DNA of 63,434 bases from positions 1 through 63,434 of IMG/VR virus record IMGVR_UViG_3300020424_000350. One strand, written 5' to 3'. This DNA is from a virus (Duplodnaviria; Caudoviricetes). The notes under the pieces are model-generated. The model was not told where the DNA came from. It did not search any database and saw nothing but the letters and a program-made list of their open reading frames with translations. Positions 30,743-40,433 of this stretch are shown here, piece by piece (within the stretch, counting starts at the first letter, position 1; each line of letters opens with the position of its first letter). The position numbers and the translations under genes are program-made.

Positions 30743-31080
30743 TGCAAGGAATAAACCACCAGAAAGCTAAAGAAAATGATGTACGTTATAGAGGTATCTA
30801 TCAAGAGTGGAGAAAAAATAAGTCTACTCTACGAGAAATAGGTCTACGACATAACATAACTAAACAAAGAGTTCATCAAATAATTACTCGATGTAAATTA
30901 GGAGACGGAGACTATTACAATGGTAATAAAATAGCAAAAGAAAAATGGTTAGAATTTGTAAAAGTTTGTGATGATAAAGAAAAAGCTAGAGAACTATTTA
31001 ATACATGGTTAGCAGATAAAGACGTAAAACTAGCCGCAGATAATAAAAAACTAGCCCCACACACGGGTATAGAGGTCTAG
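30742..31080 (+). CDS. sigma70 region 4-like HTH protein
   Basis: TLREIGLRHNITKQRVHQI. Confidence 0.7.
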   Translation: MQGINHQKAKENDVRYRGIYQEWRKNKSTLREIGLRHNITKQRVHQIITRCKLGDGDYYNGNKIAKEKWLEFVKVCDDKEKARELFNTWLADKDVKLAADNKKLAPHTGIEV

Positions 31081-31475
31081 TGGCTAGAGAAAAAGACCTG
31101 TGGCTTCTGTTAAAAAATAATTTAACGGATATACATTTTCAAAGAATAGAAACTGGATTGACAGGTTCGGGTGTACCTGACGTAAATGGTTGTGCTAAAG
31201 GCAAAGAGTTTTGGATAGAATTAAAAGAGATACATAGAGGTAAGTCGCTTACTCTACGACCAATGCAAGTAGCATGGATGGCTAAGAGGTCAGCGGTGGG
31301 TGGTCAGGTGTTCGTACTAGCTAGAAAGCAAGATGTAATTAAACTCTACCATGTTGATGGGTTAAGTGGTGCAAAAGAGTTACAAGAAAACCCTAAAGGT
31401 TTTTATCAAAAGTCTCTAGTAACTCTTATAAAACCATACGAATGGGGTAATCTATATAGTGCTTTACTTTCTTAG
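31080..31475 (+). CDS. Holliday junction resolvase / VRR-NUC-like nuclease
   Basis: RIET...GVPD...WIELK...LRPMQ..W. Confidence 0.8.
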   Translation: MAREKDLWLLLKNNLTDIHFQRIETGLTGSGVPDVNGCAKGKEFWIELKEIHRGKSLTLRPMQVAWMAKRSAVGGQVFVLARKQDVIKLYHVDGLSGAKELQENPKGFYQKSLVTLIKPYEWGNLYSALLS

Positions 31476-31491
31476 GTTTGACGCGTAAAGT
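31463..31491 (+). promoter_or_regulatory. Early promoter
   Basis: tgcTTTACT-N17-TAAAGT. Confidence 0.55.
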
Positions 31492-31557
31492 ACCGCTTAT
31501 GTCCTTTTATATTATTAAAAGGTTAATTAACGTGACATTTATAGAAAGGAGAAATAT

Positions 31558-32592
31558 ATGGCACATCAAATAGAAACTATGGCGTGGGCGGGTGAAAAAC
31601 CTTGGCACCGACTAGGTGTAGAGGTAGACTCTAACCTCACTCCATGGCAAATGCAGGAGGCGGCAAAGCTAGACTGGACAGTTAGTAAACGTCCAAGCTA
31701 TACGCTTGACGCACCTGAGTGGGGCGAAGATGTAGGTCTTATCCAAGCGGAGAATACCTTCCACATCGTTCGCGATTCTGATAACCAAGTTCTAAGCCAT
31801 TGCGGTAGGGACTATATACCTATACAAAACGAGCAAGTTTTTGAGTTCTTCAAACGCTTTACAGAAGCGGGTGCAATGACTATGGAAACTGCAGGTAGTT
31901 TAAAAGGTGGTAAAGAGATTTGGGGTTTAGCCAAAATCTCTGAAGACTTTGAACTAGCGGGGCATGATGAAATTAAAGGTTATCTTTTAATTAATCAGCC
32001 ACATATAGTTGGTAAGTCGATGACTATAAAGCTAACACCTATTAGAGTTGTTTGTAACAATACTCTAACGTTCGCTTTAAGTCATGGCGGCACAGCTTCA
32101 TTCCGTATGCCACACGTCAGAGCGTTTAACGAAGACGTTATGGAAGCGGCACAAGAAGCATTAGGTTTGTCCGCTCAGACTATGGCTGACTTTAAGAACA
32201 AGGCTCAGTTCCTTGCTCAGAAGAAAGCTAAACACTCTAATGTATTAGAGTTTATTAGTGAGGTTTATCAACCTAGCTTACTCGAAGAGTTTCGTCAAGA
32301 GATGAAACAAAAAGAGGAAGGCAAACTAGTCGGAGATATTGTTCCTATTAAAGATAGGTTTAACAAATATCCTGCTCTAGTTGTTGAAGCTCTAGAACGT
32401 CAGCCAGGAGCTGAACTTAAATCGTCTAAAGGTACATGGTGGGGAGCACTAAATGCTGTCACCTATGTAGAAGACCACTTACGTGAGTCTAATGACGAAG
32501 GTAACAATCTACATAGTGCGTGGTTCGGTGCAGGTGCTAATAGAAAAGCACGTGCTCTAGACCTTGCTGTTAAATATGCAGAGGCAGCCTAG
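31558..32592 (+). CDS. DUF932-family protein
   Basis: MAHQIETMAW...PWH.LG; TAGSLKGG; TPIRVVCNNT; GTWWGALNAVT. Confidence 0.85.
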   Translation: MAHQIETMAWAGEKPWHRLGVEVDSNLTPWQMQEAAKLDWTVSKRPSYTLDAPEWGEDVGLIQAENTFHIVRDSDNQVLSHCGRDYIPIQNEQVFEFFKRFTEAGAMTMETAGSLKGGKEIWGLAKISEDFELAGHDEIKGYLLINQPHIVGKSMTIKLTPIRVVCNNTLTFALSHGGTASFRMPHVRAFNEDVMEAAQEALGLSAQTMADFKNKAQFLAQKKAKHSNVLEFISEVYQPSLLEEFRQEMKQKEEGKLVGDIVPIKDRFNKYPALVVEALERQPGAELKSSKGTWWGALNAVTYVEDHLRESNDEGNNLHSAWFGAGANRKARALDLAVKYAEAA

Positions 32593-32856
32593 TTGGGTGA
32601 TAAATACGATAACCCTAGCCACTTTCAGCTTAGTCCTGAAGTGGCGGGGGCTATTTGGATAGCGTTGCAGGAATCCGAGTGTACCGAACTCGCTGAATCA
32701 CTATCCGAAACTATGATAAATCAAGGGTGTCAAGAATTAGTAGACGCTTCTGGTGAAGCAGTACAAGACCCTCTACTAATATTGATGTTTTGGAAAAACT
32801 TTCTGGAAGAAAAAGACTTAGTACATTTTAATCCAGATAAAAATAAGGTGAACTAA
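32593..32856 (+). CDS. Hypothetical protein
   Basis: TTG-start ORF abutting the DUF932 gene. Confidence 0.55.
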   Translation: MGDKYDNPSHFQLSPEVAGAIWIALQESECTELAESLSETMINQGCQELVDASGEAVQDPLLILMFWKNFLEEKDLVHFNPDKNKVN

Positions 32857-33134
32857 TGGAAGAACTAGATATTCAAATAGATTCCGATATACCTTTACCC
32901 GATGATACAAGGTCTAGGAATAGATATCCATTCGGTAAGATGAATGTAGGTGACTCTATATTTATACCTATGGAGCCTGAAGATAATGTTACTCGTATGA
33001 AGAACAGATTATCTCAAGCGTGTAGAACTTTTGGTCAAAAACATGACCCAGAGTGGAAATTTATTATTAGGCAACGTTTAGAACAAGTAAAAGGTTCTGA
33101 AGTATCAGGGGTGCGTATATGGAGAAAAAGTTGA
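32856..33134 (+). CDS. Small conserved phage protein, putative DNA-binding
   Basis: IPLP...RYPFGKMNVGDSIF...GVRIWR. Confidence 0.7.
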   Translation: MEELDIQIDSDIPLPDDTRSRNRYPFGKMNVGDSIFIPMEPEDNVTRMKNRLSQACRTFGQKHDPEWKFIIRQRLEQVKGSEVSGVRIWRKS

Positions 33135-33364
33135 ATACTGAACTCTACATAAAAGATTTAGAAACTAGAGTGACTGACCTCGCTCAAGAAGTTAAATCTT
33201 GGAAAAAGAAAAACTGGCACTTACATACTCTACTAGAAGAACTTGTGACTCATGTAGAACAAGATGTTAGTAGAACGGAAGGTAGTAGACATCTATGGGA
33301 AACTGTAGATGAGGTCAACGATTTATTGTCTGGAGCAACAGGAGATTATGTTAATCAAGACTAA
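33119..33364 (+). CDS. Hypothetical coiled-coil protein
   Basis: ORF in operon. Confidence 0.55.
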   Translation: MEKKLNTELYIKDLETRVTDLAQEVKSWKKKNWHLHTLLEELVTHVEQDVSRTEGSRHLWETVDEVNDLLSGATGDYVNQD

Positions 33365-33384
33365 ATCTAGCTCTCGTATACTGC

Positions 33385-33413
33385 TTTACTTTCCGTTAAT
33401 TCGTAAGTATAGT
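33385..33413 (+). promoter_or_regulatory. Early promoter
   Basis: tgcTTTACT-N17-TATAGT. Confidence 0.65.
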
Positions 33414-33487
33414 TTAGTTATGTTGCGGCACATTATAAAGCCGAAGGTGTCCGAAAGGGCGGTAATTAATTTAGAAAGGAGAAAGTT

Positions 33488-33832
33488 ATGCAAACCTCTA
33501 CTTCAGTATCAAGCTCTGTAAAAAGAGCTCCTAAGAAGAAGGCAGCAGTTAGTATCCCTAAACCTACGACAGCTTCGAAAGGGGCTTCTAGGACTTTATA
33601 TAAGGTCTCAGACTTAGGTTTTAAGGATATTAAAACTCCTCAGATGAAAGCGTTAGTTAAAACCGTGAAAGAAGCTAAGAAAGATGAACTTGATTCATCT
33701 AGCTTCACAGCACAGGACTTGGTGTCCCTAGCGGTGAAGAAAAAGGAATTGTCTACTAGACAAGACCCTTTGAGAATCTTCAGGTTTTACGCTAAAAGAC
33801 TTACTGATGAGGGCTACTTCATTAAGGTGTAA
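33488..33832 (+). CDS. Early basic protein (PQ...TxQxP..I(F/W)..Y family)
   Basis: AGAAAGGAG RBS; resembles 43449..43745. Confidence 0.7.
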   Translation: MQTSTSVSSSVKRAPKKKAAVSIPKPTTASKGASRTLYKVSDLGFKDIKTPQMKALVKTVKEAKKDELDSSSFTAQDLVSLAVKKKELSTRQDPLRIFRFYAKRLTDEGYFIKV

Positions 33833-33908
33833 TGAACATTGGGTGGTATAGACCAGCAAGTCCCCTATACCACCCTCTCATTAACTTGGGACTTAGAAAG
33901 GAGAAAGC

Positions 33909-34151
33909 ATGGAACAACCAGCATATGACCCCGAGACTGAGTATCTGGAAACAGTACTGAGGTTTAAGGTGTATAGACAATATGTAGGTGCTGACGCAAG
34001 AGATGATGAGCCTTGGAGCTTGTGGATGTCTTGCTCAACTCATGAAGGGGCGAAGATTCATGTTCGTAATGATAAAAAACGAACTGATATTTTCGCGTAT
34101 AAAATAATTGACAATAAAGAGCAATCTTTTATTGTCCGTGAACAATGGTAG
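33909..34151 (+). CDS. Hypothetical protein
   Basis: AGAAAGGAG RBS. Confidence 0.65.
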   Translation: MEQPAYDPETEYLETVLRFKVYRQYVGADARDDEPWSLWMSCSTHEGAKIHVRNDKKRTDIFAYKIIDNKEQSFIVREQW

Positions 34152-34160
34152 GAGAAAGAT

Positions 34161-34625
34161 ATGCCAAATCACTGTAGTAATAGAGTAGAAATATATTCTG
34201 ATAATACATTTTTACTCGATGAAATAAGGAAGAACTTGAAGGGCGAAGACACTGAGTTCGATTTTAACAAAATACTTCCACAGCCCGACTGGAAGAAAAC
34301 TCCACTAACTGGAGAAGAAAAATCTTGGTTAGGTAGCGACGAAATACTAGGAGACGTAGGAGAACTTCCTAATGAAGAAGGTATTTTCGAAAGCACAGGA
34401 AAACAAGACTCAAGGTGGTACGATTGGAATATATCTAATTGGGACACTAAATGGAACTCGTACGACGTACAAACAGAACATGACGATGATTGTCTTATGT
34501 ACTTTTTTACAACGGCTTGGAGTCCGCCTGAAGGTGTTATACATGAACTAAGACGAATGTACCCTGACGCTTCGATAACTGCGTTTTACGATGAGCCAGG
34601 AGTAGGAATTGCGGGGTATTTATAA
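34161..34625 (+). CDS. Api92/YubB ferredoxin-like (DUF1281-like) protein
   Basis: MPNHCSN...FDFNKILP...WYDWN..NW.TKW...FTTAWSPP...YDEPG. Confidence 0.8.
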   Translation: MPNHCSNRVEIYSDNTFLLDEIRKNLKGEDTEFDFNKILPQPDWKKTPLTGEEKSWLGSDEILGDVGELPNEEGIFESTGKQDSRWYDWNISNWDTKWNSYDVQTEHDDDCLMYFFTTAWSPPEGVIHELRRMYPDASITAFYDEPGVGIAGYL

Positions 34626-34774
34626 TGGATGAGTATTTCGAATTTTTAGAAGACTTACGAGAGTCTGGTGAGATGAATGTATTCGAAGCTCCTAGAGCAC
34701 TTAGAGAAGCATTCGATTTAGATAAACGAGAAGCTGTGAAAATATTTACAGCTTGGACTAAACAAAAGAGGTAA
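34625..34774 (+). CDS. Small conserved phage protein (49 aa, not in ORF track)
   Basis: YFEFLEDLRESGEMNVFEAP..L...F. Confidence 0.6.
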   Translation: MDEYFEFLEDLRESGEMNVFEAPRALREAFDLDKREAVKIFTAWTKQKR

Positions 34775-34776
34775 TC

Positions 34777-35199
34777 ATGGGTTTAGATTGTTATATTGTA
34801 AAAGGTAATCGTGACGAGGTGTTCAAAGATGAACGCCTCGAAAATTGCACTCTAGTAGGTGGTATGTTTAGTGGTCATGGTAATGGCTCATTTAGAGGTA
34901 AATGTTATGAATCATTTGTAGCTTCTTTAGTTGGAGAACAAGACGGTTTTTGGCACCTTGACGAAGATGAAACTATACCGTCTGACGAATTAGAACGGTA
35001 TGCCAATGTTCTAGATGAATATATAGAACAGAATCTATCAGAGCTTCCTGACGATGAAGAAGTGGAGTGGCAAAAGTTCTATGCTGGTCATCCAGACGGT
35101 GGACCTATCTACCACTATACAGTTAAAGAAATAAAAGACTTAGCACTTATGTTTAGAGTCGCTGCAGAACATAAATGCGTTATGGAAGCTTGGTGGTAG
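34777..35199 (+). CDS. Hypothetical protein
   Basis: GAGG RBS; MGLD start common in phage early proteins. Confidence 0.7.
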   Translation: MGLDCYIVKGNRDEVFKDERLENCTLVGGMFSGHGNGSFRGKCYESFVASLVGEQDGFWHLDEDETIPSDELERYANVLDEYIEQNLSELPDDEEVEWQKFYAGHPDGGPIYHYTVKEIKDLALMFRVAAEHKCVMEAWW

Positions 35200-35202
35200 T
35201 GC

Positions 35203-35231
35203 TTTACTTTGCTAAGTCTCTAAGGTAAAAT
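35203..35231 (+). promoter_or_regulatory. Early promoter
   Basis: tgcTTTACT-N17-TAAAAT. Confidence 0.7.
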
Positions 35232-35325
35232 GGTTTTATATTTAATAAGTAGGGCTGATGGGTTGTGCACAGAAGCAGGAGAAATAGCCCCCTGCACAGT
35301 CCTACACCACTAGAGAGGAGAAAGT

Positions 35326-35655
35326 ATGGCGATATTAAATTATGTAGGTTCATTGAGATATGACACTAAAGGGAAGAAACGAAAAACTAAAAGTCTTAAA
35401 CAAGCTAGGAAGACGAAGACCAGTGCTTCGACTACCCAAGCTGTTCAGTCGGTATATAAAAAGTATGAGCAGCAAGAAAAAGCTAGGCAAGACTTCTTCG
35501 ATAGAATGCGTAACGCAGTGGGCGATACTACAAGAAAAGCAGACGATAGGTATAAACAAGATATCAGTTCAGATTACTCGATTGGTGTTGCTTATAATAA
35601 AGGAGCATATCAAGTTATACCACGTTCCGATATTAAACACATAGGTCGAAAGTAG
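35326..35655 (+). CDS. Conserved basic phage protein
   Basis: C-terminal AYNKGAYQVI...DIKHIG. Confidence 0.7.
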   Translation: MAILNYVGSLRYDTKGKKRKTKSLKQARKTKTSASTTQAVQSVYKKYEQQEKARQDFFDRMRNAVGDTTRKADDRYKQDISSDYSIGVAYNKGAYQVIPRSDIKHIGRK

Positions 35656-35663
35656 GAGGTACT

Positions 35664-36032
35664 ATGGCACTTAGTTGGGATTTAAATAAAGTAAAAGATT
35701 GTGACGATACTTGTTACATAAAAGTGGGTAAGGAGGGGCAACAAAACTATCAGCTATCTCCTGAAACTAATCATCTAATATGGCTTACGATGACAGTAGG
35801 TATCAATAAAATTACCGAAAGTAATTGGAAAGATTTTTATGTACGAGTTATCCATGCTCAGAGGGCTAGAGGTAATGAAAGCTACGGCATAACTGCACAA
35901 GATGTATATAACCATATCGGATTATGTACGAATGCTCAAACTAAAACTAAACGACAGTTTTTAGATAATATCTTCAATGTATTAGAAATAAATACGAAGA
36001 AGTATGAAATATCTGAGGTAAAACATACCTGA
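35664..36032 (+). CDS. Hypothetical protein
   Basis: GGAGG RBS. Confidence 0.7.
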   Translation: MALSWDLNKVKDCDDTCYIKVGKEGQQNYQLSPETNHLIWLTMTVGINKITESNWKDFYVRVIHAQRARGNESYGITAQDVYNHIGLCTNAQTKTKRQFLDNIFNVLEINTKKYEISEVKHT

Positions 36033-36220
36033 TGAATTCGAAAAAAGCGAAAGTATTAAGAAAAAGTTTAAGGGCTGGAGGGGTAGACCCTACTCAACGC
36101 GAGTACGTCCAAAAAAAGATTGGTGAGGAGCTCCAGCCCACGATTTATTTGAAACAAGGTTGCGGTAGATTTATCTATAAAAATGCCAAAACTATCTATA
36201 AAAATGGCGGTATCGGGTAG
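36032..36220 (+). CDS. Hypothetical basic protein
   Basis: Coupled start. Confidence 0.6.
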   Translation: MNSKKAKVLRKSLRAGGVDPTQREYVQKKIGEELQPTIYLKQGCGRFIYKNAKTIYKNGGIG

Positions 36221-36223
36221 TGC

Positions 36224-36252
36224 TTTACTTTCTAAATATTCGCCTTTAGTAT
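36224..36252 (+). promoter_or_regulatory. Early promoter
   Basis: tgcTTTACT-N17-TAGTAT. Confidence 0.6.
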
Positions 36253-36422
36253 ATTAATATGTATTTAAAACAAAACACGACTATTTCAGACAGGGTTTTT
36301 ATTTTTTGTTTTGTCCCTGTCGACGAGAGGGAGTAAGTCTGATAGTATGCGAATCGATGTCAGTATGCGTGAACAGAGGACATACTTCTACTCCCTCTCA
36401 CCTATACTAGAAAGGAGAAAGT

Positions 36423-36647
36423 ATGGTAGACAAAAATACAGAAATGATAGGTAAACTCTTAGATGTTTGTAAAAAACTAAAAGAGACTATTGAAAGTCAA
36501 TCTTCTGTCATCTTTAAACTACATGCACAAATGCAGTCACAAGACGACAGAATTAAAGACCTCGAGTTTGCGTTGACAGGTAATCCTGATAAATATCAGA
36601 GCGTATCTAACGATAATGAAGATTACTTAGTACAACCTAATGATTAA
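36423..36647 (+). CDS. Hypothetical coiled-coil protein
   Basis: AGAAAGGAG RBS. Confidence 0.65.
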   Translation: MVDKNTEMIGKLLDVCKKLKETIESQSSVIFKLHAQMQSQDDRIKDLEFALTGNPDKYQSVSNDNEDYLVQPND

Positions 36648-37229
36648 CGAAAAGTTATATTTTAAACGACGAGCGGCATTAAAAAGTGCCGCGACTCGTG
36701 CGAAGGGGTTAGATTTCCGATTAATATTCGTTCGGAAACTAACAGAACTAGATAGTTTATATAAAAAACAACAAAGGCAAAAAAATGTACAAACTAAATA
36801 AAGAGAAAAAATGTATCAAGATAGGTATAGCAATCTATGATGAGCAGGGAGATAAGTTTCTAACTCAACATAGCCACCTAGCCCTATCAGATAAAACGAT
36901 AAACAAAATATATAAGGAGATTCAGGATGGCAAGAAAGTCTAAACAATTCAATGAGTTACGAGCGTTACGACGAACTATTCGTAAGAAAACTTCGATAGG
37001 TAAACGAAACCTAGCGACTAGTACGATGAATAAACATAAACGCAGGAGATTGGGTCTATGACAATTTACATAGTTTGGTTTTACGATAGTTATGGTAATA
37101 GAGATTTAGTCGCTATTACAAATGAACCTATGAAATGGTTGAAAGAAAATAATGAACAAAGAGTTAATGACGGGGAAGAACCAGAAGAAATCGATGACTT
37201 TGAAATTGAAGCACATGGAGCGTATATCT

Positions 37230-37682
37230 ATGACTAATAAATTTACATGGAACGAAAAAGAACAAACATACTTTCAAAAAAATTATCCTAAAGGGTGGTG
37301 TGTAAGTATAGGTATTTCACCTTATGGTAAAAGTCCTGAGTATCAAGTATCAGATGGAATAGAAAGGACTACAAGTTATGATTTTTATTGTTTAGATGAA
37401 GCTTTAGAAGAATGTGCAAGATTAAATAAATATGACGATTGGTTTAAACGAGCCCCTAAACACCCTGACTTAAAAGCAGGGTATATTTTAGATATATGGG
37501 CTGAACTAGGATATGAACAATCTATATCAGAAAAAGGTAATCACGAGCGTAGTAATTTCGAAGACGAACTCTACGATAGATTTGGTCTAGAGTGCGAGAA
37601 CTGGGGAGAAATAATTTGTACAACCCGAGACGGCTACGAAAAAGTGATAAACGAGATAAAGGCAGCGATAGAAAATGTATGA
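37230..37682 (+). CDS. Hypothetical protein
   Basis: Start reassigned to ATG 37230. Confidence 0.6.
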   Translation: MTNKFTWNEKEQTYFQKNYPKGWCVSIGISPYGKSPEYQVSDGIERTTSYDFYCLDEALEECARLNKYDDWFKRAPKHPDLKAGYILDIWAELGYEQSISEKGNHERSNFEDELYDRFGLECENWGEIICTTRDGYEKVINEIKAAIENV

Positions 37683-37708
37683 AAGCGTTCTACTATTCTT
37701 TATACTGC

Positions 37709-37737
37709 TTTACTTTGCGTACTTTCGTAGGTAAAAT
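37709..37737 (+). promoter_or_regulatory. Early promoter
   Basis: tgcTTTACT-N17-TAAAAT; shares downstream GGTTTTATATTTA with the 35203 promoter. Confidence 0.7.
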
Positions 37738-37772
37738 GGTTTTATATTTATTAATTAAAGGAGAATTATCAG

Positions 37773-38030
37773 ATGTCAAAACAATACAGTAGCTTTGCCA
37801 TTTGGCTAACTCACCCGAACGGTAGGAAACAACTAGTTTGGGAGAAAACAGTCGAGGGTGATACTTTACTAGATAAAGATATGGATAGGTGTGTCGAGCA
37901 ACTTACAGACGCAGGTCATAATGTTGTCGGCAAAAGAGTAATCTTCGGTTCGGAGGGTTTATATCATAATTTAGATGATAGGCTCGGCAAACCGAAACAA
38001 GTTTCAATGGAGGATATATATGAAGGATAA
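37773..38030 (+). CDS. Hypothetical protein
   Basis: AAGGAG RBS after the promoter. Confidence 0.65.
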   Translation: MSKQYSSFAIWLTHPNGRKQLVWEKTVEGDTLLDKDMDRCVEQLTDAGHNVVGKRVIFGSEGLYHNLDDRLGKPKQVSMEDIYEG

Positions 38031-38379
38031 AAACGATTTGTATGTACTTTATATACGATTTAACGAAGAAGCTAACGGTACAGACGGTGAGACTAAACGA
38101 ATGGCTAAGTTTGTTACACTAGACCAAGCCGCAGAAATTGTCGAGCATTATGTAGAGTTATGGCGATTAGTTATGGACTCGCCTGTCGAAAACCAGACTA
38201 AAGCAACTATCGATTATTACGGTGCAGATATATGGACTGAGGACGATATATTACTCGGCTACGAAAGTGGTACTATTTATGCTCGACCCGTGTTCGACAC
38301 CGAGAGACCTACAATGTATTATAAAGGTGAAGACTATCATACTGATACTGTCTGGGCACCTGTGGATTGGGACGAATAA
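38020..38379 (+). CDS. Hypothetical protein
   Basis: GGAGG RBS. Confidence 0.65.
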   Translation: MKDKNDLYVLYIRFNEEANGTDGETKRMAKFVTLDQAAEIVEHYVELWRLVMDSPVENQTKATIDYYGADIWTEDDILLGYESGTIYARPVFDTERPTMYYKGEDYHTDTVWAPVDWDE

Positions 38380-38529
38380 TGGAACTTATAGTTTGGGAAA
38401 AAGGAGTACAAGATATTAAGTATCTTTGCGATAGGTGTAAGAAACAAGTTTCAGAGGATGACGGTTTATGGCAAGTACGCGAAGGTTCGTATTGCCGAAC
38501 GTGTTTTGGAATAAAGAGGAGGAGACCAA

Positions 38530-38721
38530 ATGGCTAATTTTGTAGAGGAGAAAGAACTTTTTGCAAATATGAATATCGAACATAAATTAGAGGAAGTTAT
38601 AGAATGGATTACTAATGATTGTTGGCATGAATTATCACCACAAAGTAAAAAACGAATAATAAGACAGTTAGGATTTATGGGCTATCCTACTGACGATTTA
38701 AAGGAGAATAATAATGAGTAA
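38530..38721 (+). CDS. Hypothetical protein
   Basis: GGAGGAG RBS. Confidence 0.6.
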   Translation: MANFVEEKELFANMNIEHKLEEVIEWITNDCWHELSPQSKKRIIRQLGFMGYPTDDLKENNNE

Positions 38722-39070
38722 TATACGATGTGACGAATGCGGGAAACCCGCGATAGTTAAAGAAGACGGACTATTTCTTTGTGGTCTGTGTTCCGCTATC
38801 ATAGCTAGAGATACTGATAAACTATTGAACAATGAGTGTACCAGTGAGATATAAATACGAGAAAGATATCGAGTATGGCTACGATAGAACAGGAGCGTTA
38901 GTACAAATACATATTATCACTAACGAAGACGATAGGAGAAAAAGACAAATACAATTATTAAAGGAGGGTTCATTAGACCTAAGTACTTAGATTTACGAGG
39001 CGGGTGCATATCTCTTCAAAAAAGCGATAATTCTCCCCTTAGTGCACTCGCCTCACCAACAGAGAGAAGA

Positions 39071-39385
39071 ATGACTAAATTAAAGACAAGAAGTTTTTTT
39101 ACAATGATGAGTGTAGAAAAACTATTAGAAGCTGATACTTTCGAAGTAATTATGGCAGACCATTATGACGAAACTTTGATAGGTATCATTAAAGATAAAT
39201 TCGATAATACCAAACCCTTGCTAAAAGAAGTTGAGCGTATAATAGATGATTATATGTATGATGAAGAAGGCAACCTTGTCAATGGTGAGGGCGGATTTCC
39301 GATTATTAAAACAGATAATGTAAAACTTATAGACCTTGGGAGTGGCTATGAACTTTGTACTCAATTACCTCCGATTAGAGGATAA
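39071..39385 (+). CDS. Hypothetical protein
   Basis: ORF after a hairpin leader. Confidence 0.6.
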   Translation: MTKLKTRSFFTMMSVEKLLEADTFEVIMADHYDETLIGIIKDKFDNTKPLLKEVERIIDDYMYDEEGNLVNGEGGFPIIKTDNVKLIDLGSGYELCTQLPPIRG

Positions 39386-39968
39386 AAGACCCGAAAACAT
39401 TCGATTACCGTACGAATGTGAGTGGTGCGGTGATAACTATGGCGGACGAAAAAGAAAGTATTGTTCAGCAAAATGTAGAGAAGAAGAACATATACATCTA
39501 CTAAGAGAACGTACTCGCCAAAGAGCTATAAAACGACAACAAAAAAGACTAGCCCTAGAAAAAGAAAAACGCGATAAACGAATGGCTGCTTTAGAAAAAG
39601 AAATGCAGCGTCTACTCGCTAACGAGTTTTATTGTCTACAGTGTGATAAAAAACTAGAAGGTTCTAAACGAAAGTTTTGCAGTAGTAAATGCGATACTCT
39701 ATATAGAAATTCATTAATTAACAAACAAGTTTCTAAAACTGATGTTAGTAAAGAAGAGGGTAGCAGACAAGTCTACATCGACCCGAAAGAATATGGTCAT
39801 TGTAATCTAGGAGTTATAGAACCAAATAATCCATTTGTAGTCTACGATTTAAATGACGGTCTACCTCAAGAAGATATATACGCATTGAAAACTTCGATGA
39901 GGTTAGGCATAGAAGACGCTAAAAAAATAGAAGCTAAGAGGTTGCGAAAATCCCTTGTAAAATCCTAG
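39348..39968 (+). CDS. Protein with two CxxC...RK(Y/F)CS.KC zinc-finger repeats
   Basis: CEWCG...RKYCSAKC and CLQCD...RKFCSSKC separated by a coiled coil. Confidence 0.7.
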   Translation: MNFVLNYLRLEDKRPENIRLPYECEWCGDNYGGRKRKYCSAKCREEEHIHLLRERTRQRAIKRQQKRLALEKEKRDKRMAALEKEMQRLLANEFYCLQCDKKLEGSKRKFCSSKCDTLYRNSLINKQVSKTDVSKEEGSRQVYIDPKEYGHCNLGVIEPNNPFVVYDLNDGLPQEDIYALKTSMRLGIEDAKKIEAKRLRKSLVKS

Positions 39969-39997
39969 TATCGTAAATTCGCGGTTTCTAGTACTGC

Positions 39998-40026
39998 TTT
40001 ACTATCGCTTTGTTCGTACTTATAAT
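39998..40026 (+). promoter_or_regulatory. Early promoter (duplicated at 40355)
   Basis: tgcTTTACT-N17-TATAAT. Confidence 0.75.
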
Positions 40027-40059
40027 TTTAGGGTATTATAAATATAAAGGAGAATTATT

Positions 40060-40338
40060 ATGACTGATACAAATTGTGAAAAGGTAGAATGTTGGCAGAA
40101 AGACTGTCGATGTGAAGATAAATGGATAGAGCTAAAAAATGGTGGACAGATATATGAGGGAGATGACGCTTCTGATATGCCTGAGGCACCGTTAGGCGAT
40201 GAGATAGGTAGATACGAAAGTGACAAAGAATTTATAGTCACCCATATCACCGAAGACGATAACTATACTTATATCACCCATAGATTCCCTGGAGGTGCGG
40301 GTGATACAGGCATAGTAATTAGATTGGAGAAATGTTAG
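40060..40338 (+). CDS. Hypothetical acidic protein
   Basis: AAGGAG RBS. Confidence 0.65.
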   Translation: MTDTNCEKVECWQKDCRCEDKWIELKNGGQIYEGDDASDMPEAPLGDEIGRYESDKEFIVTHITEDDNYTYITHRFPGGAGDTGIVIRLEKC

Positions 40339-40354
40339 AGCAATCTACTACTGC

Positions 40355-40383
40355 TTTACTATCGCTTTGTTCGTACCTATAAT
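40355..40383 (+). promoter_or_regulatory. Early promoter
   Basis: tgcTTTACT-N17-TATAAT; near-identical to 39998. Confidence 0.75.
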
Positions 40384-40433
40384 TATATTAAGCGTTTAAG
40401 AATTAACTTAGACCCTACGAAAAGGAGATTATC

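Noticed and set aside
33309-33521. ORFs 33309..33521 and 37592..37792
   Set aside because: They run through promoter/RBS regions and overlap better-supported genes
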